Part shown: in pieces, positions 11,369 to 24,059 of the stretch
Layout of the letters: each line of letters opens with the position of its first letter
Numbering within the stretch: position 1 is the stretch's first letter
From: Octopus vulgaris
Lineage: Eukaryota
Direction: 5' to 3'
Length of the DNA: 64,000 nucleotides
Assembly: GCA_951406725.2 (NCBI GenBank)
Contig: OX597819.1
Location: forward strand, 104,904,001 to 104,968,000
The notes under the pieces: generated by a model
The model's input: the letters and a program-made list of their open reading frames with translations, nothing else
The model's database searches: none
Told to the model about the DNA's origin: nothing
Program-made: the position numbers and the translations under genes

Positions 11369-11699
11369 CATGGTATGTATATAGTATGTACGCAGTGTAA
11401 ATTAACGAAATAAAGCAAATGAACAAAATGGAAGCACATATATGGAACTGCTAATTTAACAGTAAATGTCACAATAATTATTACAGAGAAAAGAATTATA
11501 TATATATATATATAGGATAAATTTTTTTTAATGTAAGGGTAAATATGTAATTGTGAATATCTTGCAACTGCTGCAATAATTATTGACTGGTAATGGAATA
11601 GTAAATATATATTTTTATAAATACCTTGGACCTCGCCACCTAATTGTTTTTTTTTTTTTGTTTTTGAAGAGTTTCACCTCTAGCACTCACATACATATA

Positions 11700-13340
11700 C
11701 AATGAAAGGCAAAGTCAACTTTGGTGAAATTTGAACTCAGAATGGAAAGATGGGTGAAATGTTAGTAAGCATTTTGTCTGATGTGCTAACAATTCTGCCA
11801 GCTTGCCACCTCAAAGGTAAAGGCATTCAAACCGCTAAGCATTTTGTCCAGCATGCTAAAGATTCTGCTAGTTCACTGCCTTCCTTAATAATAATAATAA
11901 TAATCATCATCATCATCATCGTTTAATGTTCACTTTCCATGCTGGCATGGGTTGGACGGTTTGACTGAGGACTGGCAAGGCGGTACTGGCAATGGCCACA
12001 CTCAAATGGTGTTTTTTACATGCAACCTGCACAGGAGCCAGTCCAGTGGCACAGGCAACAATCTTGCTTGAATGTTGTTTTTCACATGCCACCAACACAA
12101 GTGCCAGTAAGGCAACGCCAGTGGCATGTGAAAAACAATATTTGAGCGAGGTCGTTGCTAGTGCCACTGGACTGGCTTCTGTGCAGGTGGCACAATAATA
12201 ATAATAATAATAATAATAGTAATAATAATCCTTTCTACTGTAGGCACAAGGTCTGAAATTTTGGGGAAGGGGGCCAGTTAATTAGATCGACTCAGTATGA
12301 AACTGATACTTAATTTATCAACCCCAAAAGGATGAAAGGCAAAGTTCACCTCAGCAGTATTTGAACTCAGAATGTAAGGACAGACAAAATGCAGCAAAGC
12401 ATTTCGCCCAGCATGCTAACAATTCTACCAGCTCGCCACCTTAATAATAATGATAACAATGATGATGATGATGTTTATTATTATTTCAAATTTTGGCACA
12501 AGGCCAGAAATTTCAGAGGAGAGAGGAAGTTGATTACATCAACCCCAGTGCTCAACTGGTACTTATTTTCACGCTGAGAGTTGCTGAAGCATGGAACATC
12601 AGTTGTTAGTTGTCGGAGCACTGCATCCTTCAAAACTTCCATGCTTTCTGAGATTCGCCAACACTACACCTGATTTTCTCCCCTTCATACACACACAAGC
12701 ATGTATCTGACTCATGCATTGTTCGCTTTCCAGACATTTGTACATTACTGCATGTGCTTTGTATGCACTGTCTGACAAGTTGTGGTGCACCTGAGCACTG
12801 TATACAATAATTTCATTATATTATATTATATTATTATATAACTCTGAAAGGATGAAACACAAAGGTGACCTTGGCAGAATTTGAACTCAGAACATGAAGA
12901 CAGACAAAATGCAGCTAAGCATTTGGCCTAGCATACTAATGACTCTGCCAGTTCACCACCATGATGATGATGATTGTTTCTAATGTAAGCACAAATTTGA
13001 GGAAGGGAAATACTTGACTGATACTTATGAAGAGCAAAGTTGAACTCAGAAAGTGAAAAACCAGAACAAATATCACAAAGCATTTTGTCCAACACTAACG
13101 ACTCTGCCAATCAAACATCCAACTAATTCTTTCTAATTTTGGCACAAGGTCAAATAATTTTGATGGGAGGTGGCAAGTCAATCACATCAACCCCAGTACT
13201 TGACTGGTACTTTATTTCACCAAGCCCAAAAGGATGAGAGGCAAAGTCAACCTAAGTGGTATTTAAACTGAGAATGTAAAGCCAGAAATGTTGCTAAGCA
13301 TTGTGTCTAACATGATAGCAATTCTACCAGCTCACCTTCT
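11700..13340 (-). mobile_element. Cluster of tRNA-derived SINE copies separated by (TAA)n/(CAT)n tails
   Basis: Repeated gatgaaaggcaaagtcaac...tttgaactcagaa...ctgccagct units, the reverse of the SINE at 13354. Confidence 0.7.
12569..12836 (+). mobile_element. CR1 3'-end fragment (long-3'UTR subfamily) inserted into a SINE
   Basis: cacgctgagagttgctgaagcatggaac...gtgcacctgagcactgtatacaataatttcattat matches the 3' end of the copy at 59955-60822. Confidence 0.85.
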
Positions 13341-13353
13341 TAATCAACCACTC

Positions 13354-13577
13354 TGAGCTGGCAGAAACGTTAGCACACCGGGCGAAATGCTTAGCGGTAT
13401 TGCGTCTGTCGTTGCATTCTGAGTTCAAATTCTGCCGAGGTCGACTTTGCCTTTCATCCTTTCGGGGTCGATAAATTAAGTACCAGTTACGCACTGGGGT
13501 CGATGTAATCGACTTAATCCCTTTGTCTGTCCTTGTTTGTCCCCTCTATGTTTAGCCCCTTGTGGGCAATAAAGAAT
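13354..13577 (+). mobile_element. tRNA-derived SINE, well-preserved copy
   Basis: A-box-like TGGCAGAAACG and B-box GTTCAAAT (13423-13430); CpGs retained; related copies at ~27583-27990 (+), 33037-33330 (-), 37775-38360 (-) and 50860-51290 (+). Confidence 0.8.
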
Positions 13578-13614
13578 ATCACTCTAATAAGAAGTAATTT
13601 CAAGTATTGCTCAC

Positions 13615-14171
13615 CTGCTCACAGGAATGTTCCAAAACAGAATGGCAAGTGGCAGCAGTAGAGGTGAGGAATGGATCTCTGATATCTCTTCTGGGCTTCA
13701 GATTCTCGTTCATGACTTGCTGAGCATCAAGGAAAGACAAATCTAGCTTACTACTTAGAGTTGGGTCCACATCACTTTGTGGGTCAACACTTTCAGCTTG
13801 CAGGTGTAAAGTATTATGACGAATGGAATTCTCATGGACTGCACTGTCGCCTTGGTTACCATTTAGTACAACAGAATGTGTGTTAATACTTGAAGAGTCA
13901 GGATTGGTACCGGTGATAGACATTGGTGAGGAATTAACAACTGGAGCTACCGTCAGTGTTGCTGTAGCCAATGAAAGAGATGTCGATGTGATTTCTGAAA
14001 CATCAGTGTCTGTCTGAGAAGGCTTTGATGCCTGGTCTCTGAGAGCATCTAAGGCAGCAGAGTGCATTTCAGCCAGCACTGGACAATTCTGCTGCTTGTG
14101 TTCAATAAACAACTCAACATTGTGGAACTGCATCTTACAGGCACCACATATGTGAATATCCAAAAAGGAAC
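13615..14171 (-). CDS. ZFP64-like zinc-finger gene, second detected exon, with an N-terminal atypical zinc finger
   Basis: Acceptor tttcag|GT at 14172/14171 (phase 1), donor CAG|gtgagc at 13615/13614 (phase 0); DIHICGACKMQFHNVELFIEHKQQNC closely resembles the recalled ZFP64 N-terminus DIHICGICKQQFNNLDAFVAHKQSGC; orthology not provable here because the C2H2 array is outside the window. Confidence 0.8.
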
Positions 14172-16914
14172 CTGAAACACACAAGAAAAGAGAGTTAATA
14201 TTCATATACAGGTGCAGATATGGGTGTATAATCGAGAAGCTTACTTCCTAACAACATGGTTTGGGTTCAGTCTCATATCATGGCCCCTTAGGCAAGTGTC
14301 TTCTACTTTAGCCCCATGCTGACCAAAGTTTTGTGAGTGGATTAGGAGGATGGAACCTGAAAGAAGCCTACCAGGTGGTGCATGTGTGTATCTCCTTGTC
14401 TTGAAATTGCATGACAGTGGTAAATGAATGCTGCTCTCTTTATTATAGGCACAAGGCCTGAATACAGTGGGGACATAAAGACGAATGGAAAATGATAATG
14501 AAATGAACATAATTATGATGCAAACGAGATGGCCATCTCGCCCCCGCTGCAAGACGAACCGTGAATACCAGTGGTAAATGAATGTTGATGTCATACAAAC
14601 AGTGCCATTCCTTTCCAATATTGTGAGAGAACATGTCAGGCTTTGGAGAAATACTACCATGCTTGGAAACAGATGAGGGCTGATGACAAGAAGGGCATCT
14701 GGCCATAGAAAACCTGTCTCAAATAAACTGCATCCAACCCATGCATACATGCAAAAGTGGATGTAAAAACTATGGTGGGGAGGGGTACACATATTCATGC
14801 ACACAGACACATCATCACCAATGTTTTAGTGTCTACTTTTCCATGCTTGCATGAGTCAAAAAAGACTACATTGGAGCAAAGTAGAGGTTTTTTCTACGGT
14901 TAAATGCCTTTGCAGATGCCAAATTTTATTTGTTTCCAAGCGATATAATAATCCCCAAGACTAATATTATGCAGAGAACTGGAAACAAATGACACCATTT
15001 GAATAACCCTTTTGTTTACAACCAGTGAACATATGTGAAGATGTGGGGAAATACAAACTCACACAAACATATATGTGTGCGTGTTATCATCCCCATCATC
15101 ATCATCATTTAAAGTCTATGTTCCATGCTAGCATAGGCTGCACAGTTTGACAGGATCCAATGGAGTCAAAGGCTGCATCATGCTCCAGTGCCTGCTTCTG
15201 CATGGTTTCTATTGCTAGATGCCCTTCCTAATGGCAATCTTTTTTTAACAGAATGAACTGAGTGCTTTTTTCATGTCACCAGTACAAGTGGGGCCATCAT
15301 GCAGTTGATGAGTTTATGCAAGAAGATGAGGAGCAAAAGATGGATAAGCATAAGAGAGAAGGGGCTAAGGTAGAGCAGGTTTCTTGCTGTAAAGGAGCTA
15401 CATGAATATCCACATTTCAGAAATCAAATGGAGCCAGAGAGTGGTTGGATGGTGGAGTAGAAGATGACTGACAGTGCTGAACAGAAGAATAGTAATGATG
15501 AAATAGTAGACAGGAGAAGGATAAAAGTAAGATGATGTTGGGTAGGTTGCATGAGTGGGTGGGAAAGAGAGGCATGAGGAAGGTGAGAGATATATGATAG
15601 TGGGGGAAAATAGTTGTTGACTCAGTAAGGGGGCGGGGTTAATGAAAGTTTAGATGGAGAGAACAGCATTAATGGATGAAGGGTAGATAACAAGTCAAAT
15701 GGTTCTGGGTAGTAAGTAATGAAAGCAGTATCAAGAAAGAGCTGCAATTAGAAAGGTGATAGAATATCTTGAGGAGAAAGGAAATTAGAAAAACGGGCCA
15801 GTTGTGCATTTATATCACACACACAGTTCAACCCCAGCAAGGTAGGTCAGTATTCTCAAGAACTGCATACAGCCAGTCATTCCAGTCCATTATTGTCACC
15901 TCCATTAGGTTCAAGGTCCTGAGTTCTACCTTCACCCTTTCATCTCAAGCCTTCCTGAGTCTCCTTCTTCTGCAAGCTCCTTCCAAATTAAGGGATCAAC
16001 TCTCCATTATAAAGTTATCCTAATCTATATGCATCACATGTCCATACTAACACAGATTTATTTCTTGCATACTAAATCTGATTCCTCTTATACCTAGAAC
16101 TTTTTTCTGTTCTCTCGGCACATTTGTACTATGTCTTTCTTGCACAAGGAGGAGGAGGAGACAGGAGATACAACATGGTGTATCTGCCACTGTACATTAT
16201 GTAATTCAGTATAAGAGGCACCCCTATTTTACAACAATATTTTGTGGTTTAAAAAAAAAAGATATATTTCACCATACATTTAGTGAAAATGATTTTAAAA
16301 CGATTTTGAAAGGAAAATATACTTATGTGTAGGTTAATACGATATATATTGGAAGTATCTACAAAATCATATATAGTATTATTATGATGACCTTAGAATA
16401 TTTCTAAAATTTAGAACAGATAAAAATAACTACAGTACATTGTTATTATTCATCTGTACTATCAGGAATATTACTAATGTCATGCTCCTTTTTTTAATGA
16501 TTTCACAACTATCACTACACAATTACAGTATTCCATGTACTTTTTTACCAGCTCTCCCCCCTTGTATGATAATAGGTCTCTTTATTCTATCAACATCACT
16601 TCAGGTCTGAAGTCTGCATTGTCTCATTCCATTCCTCTCTGGGGAATACTGGTACATGGAGACACAGGAAATACACCAGTGAGTACTGGTACCAAATCAA
16701 ACAGCAAAAAAGAATAACTAGGAAGGAATTCATAGGAATTCCTTCTTAATATCAAACAAAGCAGCAAGCTGGCAGAATCATTAGCATGCCAGGCAATGTG
16801 CTTAGTAACATTTTGTCCATCTTTACATTCCAAGTTCAAATGCCACCAGGGTCGATTTTGTCTTTAACCCTTTTGATGATAAAATAAATACCAACTGAAG
16901 AGAATCAAATTTGA

Positions 16915-17345
16915 TAACTGGCATCTGTGCTAGTGGTGCGCTAAGAGCACCATCCGAGCATGATCGTTGCCAGAGCAGCTAACTGGCTTCCATGCCGGTG
17001 GCAGGTAAAAAGCACCATTCAAGCATGATCGTTACCAGCGTCGCTTTACTGGCACTTGTGCCAGTGGCATGTGAAAAAACATTCAAGCAAGATCATTGCA
17101 GGTGGCACATAAAAAATACCATTTGAGTGTGGCTGTTGCCAGTACCACCTGACTGGCCCTCATGCCGGTGGCACATAAAAGCACCCACTACACTCTCGGA
17201 GTGGTTGGTGTTAGGAAGGGCATCCAGCTGTAGAAACTCTGCCAGATCAGATTGGAGCCTGTTACAGCCATCTGGTTCACCAGCCCTCAGTCAAATCGTC
17301 CAACCCATGCTAGCATGGAAAGCGGACGTTAAACGATGATGATGA
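16915..17345 (+). mobile_element. (GAT)n-tailed retroposon/SINE with tandem internal units
   Basis: Repeated ccggtggcacataaaagcacc units; ends aacccatgctagcatggaaagcggacgttaaacgatgatgatg. Confidence 0.7.
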
Positions 17346-18597
17346 GCACTGGGATTGATGTAATCAACTTACCCCTTGCCCTGAAATTACTGGCATTGTG
17401 CTAAAACTTGAAACTAATATTAGTACTGAGCAAATAGGAAAATTAATTGAATGCATTCTAACTGAAACTGGTATTTCAGTGAAAAGTATTGACTGATATT
17501 GTGAGCAGCAAAGTACTATAAATGTAAAAATAATGTATCATGAAATTTCATCTCTTTCTCTCTCTCTCAATGCACCATATCTACAGGCTTCGCCAACCAA
17601 TCACTGACTTCCATACAGAAGTCTGAAGATTAATTTTTCTTGGGGAAAGACACATCAGTTGTTTCCTTTCACTTTCTGCTAATTTATTTGGTTTACTTTT
17701 CTTATTTCCTTTTCTCCTGAGCTTACCTTGAGGCACGGACAATCTAAGTCTTAGGCAAAGAAACTGGTTCATGTGATATCAGGGCGTGTCCACACATCAG
17801 TGGCCTTGAAGGATAATGTCAGCCTTCCTCCAAGTCCTGTACACCTTAGCCATAGAACCATCTTCTGCTATTTAGTTCACGAGTGGGGCCTTTGACAAGT
17901 ACTATGATACCAGGCTACAGCAGTGCTAGGAATAGTGATTATTAAGGAGTGACTCCATACAGCCTAAAATCCTGAACACTTCAGCTAGAGCCTCACCACC
18001 AGATGCAGTTTTATGTGTTGCTCCGGACAAATTACCTAATCTTTCTCTGCAAAACCTAGAGAATCATCATCACCCAAACTAGACAAACAAACATCACAAA
18101 AGTCTGAACATTTCATTCTTACAATGACATCTGTATATTACTATATTACTCTCTTTCATATTCATCATTGCTTTTATGTTCACATTTTTCATGTTGGCAT
18201 GTTTTTCAAGTAAGATTATTTCTTCTTTCTTTCTTTTTTGAATTCCACATGTCTTCACACATCAAAACTGCCAAACTATGGGATACGCTGTTTACAAGGG
18301 ACATAAAAATAATAACTTGTTGAACTACGAAATAAAGTAAATAATTTTTTCCCTGCTTGCAAGCTCTGACTGAACAGCATGCAGTATTACTTAACTATGC
18401 TGTTATCTAACATCCAGTTTTAATACCCACCTTGAAACCAATTTATAAGATCAGTCATAGTGAATCTATAATACTGTATACTTTGATTAATACACCCACT
18501 CTAGTGACAAACATACAAGCACAAATTTTTTTCTGACTTATGGATTCTTAGACATGTCTGTGTGTGTGTGTGTGTGTATAAAGGTATAATTATATAT

Positions 18598-19023
18598 TGT
18601 GCAGGTGGCAAGTAAAGAAACACCGTTTCGACCCTGTGCTTGAGGAGATCCATTGAGCCAAGTTCACCAACATCAAAAATCAATGGAAACTGCAGTTGCG
18701 ATCCCTGTGCCGGTGGCACGTAAAAAGCACCATCCGAACGTGGCCAATGCCAGCACCGCCTTGACTGGCTTCCATGCCAGTGGCACGTAAAAAGTAACAA
18801 TCCGATCGTGGCCGTTGCCAGCCTCGCCTGGCACCTGTGCCGGTGGCACGTAAAAAGCATCCACTATACTCACAGAGTGATTGGCGTTAGGAAGGGCATC
18901 CAGCTGTAGAAACACTGCCAGATCAGACTGGAGCTTAGTGCAGCCTTCTGGCTGCCCATATCCCCGGTCGAACCGTCCAACCCATGCTAGCATGGAAAAC
19001 GGACGTTAAACGATGATGATGAT
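18598..19023 (+). mobile_element. (GAT)n-tailed retroposon/SINE
   Basis: Same family and terminus as 16915-17345 and 39380-39812. Confidence 0.75.
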
Positions 19024-19044
19024 AATAACACTCATACATACAGT

Positions 19045-19578
19045 AACATACCTACACAAGTGGGTCCCTCACCTCAATTTTGTTTCCTTATAACTTTCAG
19101 GAAAAATGTCTTTTTAATGAAACTTTCTACAAAATACCTATCAGATTGTGTAGATTACAATTATATCGGTATTTAATGTGAATGAAATATTGATGAGTGT
19201 GCACACATCATATTAATACACATCAGAATTGTTTTCAAAGTTTCAAGTTTCAATTTGTAGATATATGTAATGTGTATCAGTGTTCTTGTGTGCGCACCAT
19301 GAATTTTATTTTTCGGATCTAAAAGTTATTTGTAGAAAATTCCATAAGAAAATAACTATTTTTCTGAAAATTATGAGGAAACATAGCCGACTCGTGTGGA
19401 TTTTGCGAAACTCTTCCCACACTCAGAAAATATTCTTTTTCACAACAAATTCCGACATAATCAGAAGCTACACTATCTAAAAGGTATTTGTAGAAAAATT
19501 CGTTAAAAAATGTCCATTTTTGCAAAAGTTATGAAGAAATCAAGTCGGGGCGCACATTTGTGTAAATATGCGCCTTAT
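19045..19578. mobile_element. Degenerate MITE-like inverted-repeat element
   Basis: ataactttcaggaaaaatgtctttttaatgaaactttctacaaaatacct (~19090-19139) is an imperfect inverse of aggtatttgtagaaaaattcgttaaaaaatgtccatttttgcaaaagttat (~19482-19532). Confidence 0.55.
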
Positions 19579-20850
19579 ACATATATAGTTATAGTTTAGT
19601 CAGAGGAGAAAGGATAACCCTCATGAAATTTTTAAAGAGCTTTCGAAAGTGGAGTAGGAAGAGGAAATTACCCCCAGAAAGTAAACAATGTTAGAAATGT
19701 TTAACAACAGAGTGGATTCCGTTAAAGGGACTGAAGGACCATGTCGTGATGTAACCGTATCTTCTGATTATATCTACCCACAAAAGAAGAGATTTAGTCC
19801 GTCCCATGGGCATTTGGACAGGTTGCTGTCAACCCAGTTTCGTTCAAAGAGCTTGGATCGGTCTGAGGCGATCACAGAAGACACAGCGGACTTTCAGAAT
19901 AGCTTATCTGTACTTCACAGGGGAATAAAAGGACATAGGACATGATGGGAATGTTTTCATAATTTAACTTTTATTGAAAGACATACAGGATTACCAAAAA
20001 AATTTAAGGTAGGAAAAATGCACGTTTTCCTTTCCCATGCGGTATAGAGCTTCGTGTTTCAAAACTCCGCCGAAAACACTTTTCCCAAAGCGCGGGGTTT
20101 CATTAAGAAACAAACTTGTTAACCACGATCAGATACAGATAAACGCCACTATACACCCTTGCGCATAATTACTACCAACTTTATTAATATCTATAGCGGT
20201 GAAATGCCATGTCATTTGAACAGTAAACTATCAAAACAACAATGATGCTACGATCCGTTTCCAAGTTCCTCTCATCTGAACAAAATCACAGAGTTAACAA
20301 AAGGGAGCATCACTAATAGCTGTTGTGGTAGAGGGGAAATATCCCACTTGTATTTCGTTACAGCGGGTAATATTAATTATAATAGATATAATTAGAGGGT
20401 AAACAGAATGAGAGAAAGAGAGAGGTGGAGCCAGAAAAAGAAAGAAATATTGAAATTTTCAACATGAGTGAGAGTTAGGTGAAGAAGAGGAAATTGTAAG
20501 AGATAGAAGGAAAAATGAGAGAAAAGTGAAAAACAAAAGGATGATCGTGGTTTAAAGTAAAATATAATTATCGAAAATTAAAACGTGAAACAAGATATTT
20601 AGTGTAAGAGTAAAAAATAAGACTGAGAGTAAGACTATTTAAATGTAAAACCAATAATGATAGAAGCAGCAGCAGTAAAATAAATATTTAGCAGTAAAGT
20701 ACTTCCGGTCATTAATATAACGACACCGGGCCGCCGAGTGCAGGCCCTGTTCGGTGCCCGAAACCAGCAGATTGAGACGAACACATACTCTATAGTAGCA
20801 GTTCTGTTGCGTTAACAGCGTTTAAAGTAGCGAAAGTTTCTTCAACTTAC

Positions 20851-20890
20851 ACTGCACAGACATATTGTTGTTCCTTTCTGGTTTAATCAT
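20851..20890 (-). CDS. Putative first coding exon of the ZFP64-like gene (MIKPERNNNMSVQ-; alternative start at 20863)
   Basis: ATG at 20890 and an in-frame ATG at 20863; consensus donor T|GTAAGT at 20851/20850 in phase 1, matching the acceptor phase at 14171; lies just downstream of promoter motifs. Confidence 0.55.
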
Positions 20891-20947
20891 GTTGCTAGAA
20901 TATCAAATGTCTTTAGAATCCAGGTTACACATTGAAATTTCCAGCTT

Positions 20948-21010
20948 CCGCCATTATGGATAGCTAAGAACTAGTGGCAATCAGTCACGTGATCCTCTAC
21001 TTCCGGGTCC
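20948..21010 (-). promoter_or_regulatory. Candidate promoter of the ZFP64-like gene
   Basis: ETS CCGGAAGT (21006-20999), E-box TCACGTGAC (20992-20984) and YY1-like AATGGCGG (20955-20948) in a CpG-retaining region; a second CCGGAAGT at 20708-20701. Confidence 0.6.
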
Positions 21011-24000
21011 AGTTTTAGCAAAATGTTTTTGCTTTTTTTTTTAATAACAGTAACACATGTCAAAAAATAAATAAATAATCCTTATTTTGTTTATTTATTT
21101 ATCTCATAATACCACAAAATATGAACTTTTCGAATGTTTATCACATGAACATTAGTGAAGAACAGTTAACAGTTGTTCCGTGCTAAATATAATTAACACG
21201 GAGTCTACTACAAACAACGAATTATTTCTTACATAGACTTGAATTCGTATATTTATATGTTTAGGTGAAAAAATTACAGACAACGCTGCTTATATATCTT
21301 TCTCTAGAGTGTTAATAACATAAGTGACAATAGGGGCGAGTGTCTTCAATGATTCGGAAATGATCTGCAGATTATTTTAATTTTACGGAGTGAGAGACAC
21401 GACCGGAGTTCTTTGTACTTCACATTTGACTAAATACCGTAAGATAGCTTTATCTGGCGTAGGAACCAGGGCCGGATGAAGCTAGTCTTCAGTTTGTAGC
21501 TTATGTTGCAATGGAAACCTTTTTTTTTTTTTTTTTTTTAAGTCGACCCCAAGATTAGAAAGAACTGTGTGAAATTATAATTATTTTTATGTATCTACTT
21601 TCCTATTTGAAGAACAAATGTATATGAATCAGCTAGCACGATATGATGGAGGGGGATACATCGATCGAGATGGGTTTTCTTATATATATATTCCGCCGAA
21701 CAGTTTAGATATAATTTTATTTTATGGATCCAACCGCGTATTTCAAAGAGTCATTGTATATCGATGAGCTGACTCGGGAAGGATGTGATCGAAATTAATA
21801 TAAACGTTTCACTGTCACTGTATACGATTTATTTTACTTTCAGATATGATGTTTACTCGCTAGTCGAAGTGTTTGACACATTTAGAATGCTAACCCAGGA
21901 AGTGAAGTGCTTAGATGCTGTAAATTATGTGACCAATCTGTATAAGTGGACTTTTTCTCTAAAACTTCCTAATTTCGTTCTAAAGTAAATCTAAGAATAC
22001 AAATTAAATTCTACAGCAGTATGCTGATACGGAACGAAGGATCTGCTACGATGAGCTTTAAAATGACAACGTAAACAAACGAAAGATTTTTTATTAACTT
22101 GTGGAACAGAGGCAGTGACCATTATTCAATTTCCCAGACATGCGAGAACGATAATGGTTCATGTTCTCTTTAAATCTTTATATTTGGACGTCGATAACAC
22201 TCGAGCCATGAATTTACCTTTCATTTACCGTCGATACAAACATATTAGTTTTTCTGTTTACGCTCAATAGCTGAGAGAGAGATGAAAGACTAAAGGGAGC
22301 CAACTCGGGAGAGACCTATTATAAAGTGACTTCCCTTTGACTATAATGAACCAGAAGTAATTATTGGCCTTGTAATGGAAAAACTAATTGGATTTTGTAT
22401 TATTAATTTTTTCATATTTAATTTTAATGAGTATTTGAAATTGTGACACAAACTCAATTATAACTGACGTCTGCAGCTATTGTAAAATAATCGTTTTATT
22501 TTATTATTCAATCTAAAGTCTAAATTTGGAAACATTTTGCATTGAATTAAAATTACGATGAAGGCGACGGTTACTGTATCCATAGCAGAACGGTCGAAAG
22601 CACAGAAATATTGTAATCTGTCGGAAAAAAAGAATTTTTTAGATGTGGTTTTTGAAACGTTCGAGAGAAGCTGGACCGCTATCCGAAAGATTTTTTTACT
22701 TCGTTAACATCCCATCACGTTGGTTTCGGGAGGGTGCTTGGCTGTAGTAGATGTTCGACCTTACAATGCCCCCAATAATAGTGCCCTGAATTTTTTGAGC
22801 ACCCTTAAAAATGTTTTAAGGGAGACTCCATTGTCCCTTGTGTTGTAAAATTTCATTTTTTGATTCATTTTCCTTTTTTGATTTCGTATATTTGGGAGGT
22901 CATTACGCCATTGAAAAACACGCATTAATTCTATCTGACTTCTTTATTATTTGTCTATTAGTTCAACATTTAAAGAGTTAACTAACTGTTTGATCAACAG
23001 TTCGGTAAATTAATTGATCAGGTTTGTTAAAGAACTTTCACCGCCACTCACGCCTCATCAATAACATTTTTTTATCGATTTCTTACTGTTTACTTTTGTA
23101 AATTGTTATGTAATTATTTTCCTCCACTACATTAGCCCTAGGGTACCAATCGTTCGTACAGACTTCGATAGGAATTAAATTTAGAAATAGGAAACGCCAA
23201 AATTCTGCCCCTTCCTCAACTACCCATTCTATTTATATCCAGTTTAATGTTGCATAATAATATTTTTCTTTTTTTTTTTAATATCGAAATTAATGTAAAT
23301 TCTGAATGGCACTTTACTGACAAGTGGCTTGAACTGAGACCATGTATTTTAACTAGCATAATTACATAATGAAAAGATCGTCTTCGGTCATTTAAAAGCA
23401 AAAACTATCAGTGGAACTATGTCAGTGAGCAAACTGTAATAAAGCGACAAAAAATTTGGCAGCTCGTGAATTTAACAGTGAATTCCATTCACAAAAAATC
23501 AAAATAAGTATCTTGTGTTCTAAAAGATCATATGAGAGTTCTCTTTTAAGTGAGGATCAATATTATCTTTTGGTATTTATACTTCTTCTGTCACTCCAAA
23601 TTATATTTTAGTTAGCCCACTGGTTATTTGCAACACCAGTGCCTCATTAGGCACTGTGATTCTCTGTATATTGCTTGCTGGAACATCACTTCTATCTTCA
23701 GCAGTCAGGTATCTACCATTAACAAGGCAAGAGAAGGCTGAAATAATGTGACCTGGTAGTCAAGGCGCTGGTGGTGGCACTGATTTGTCTCCCACAAATG
23801 ATGTAAACATGAGAGCATACATGCACCAAAAGACCATACAAGGGGTTTTTTCACAGTAAACAGGGCAGTTTTCTGTGTTCTAACACAACATCCGCTTTTA
23901 AGTGGGGATAAAATTTGCCTTTCGGTAATTAATACTGTTTCTGTCATTACTAATTATTTTTTAGCAAGCCCACTGACTGTTGAAGAAACTATTATTAATT

Positions 24001-24059
24001 TTATTATTGTTAATAACTAGTCTTATTTTCATCATGTGCTTTCACTGTACTATTGAGCA

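Noticed and set aside
14241-14810. 189-aa minus-strand ORF next to the zinc-finger exon
   Set aside because: Composed of SINE fragments; the real exon starts at the 14172 acceptor
17581-17772. Lys-rich 63-aa ORF as a possible extra exon of the ZFP64-like gene
   Set aside because: No recognisable homology or convincing phase-compatible splice pair, and exons 20851 and 14171 already join in phase; cannot be fully excluded
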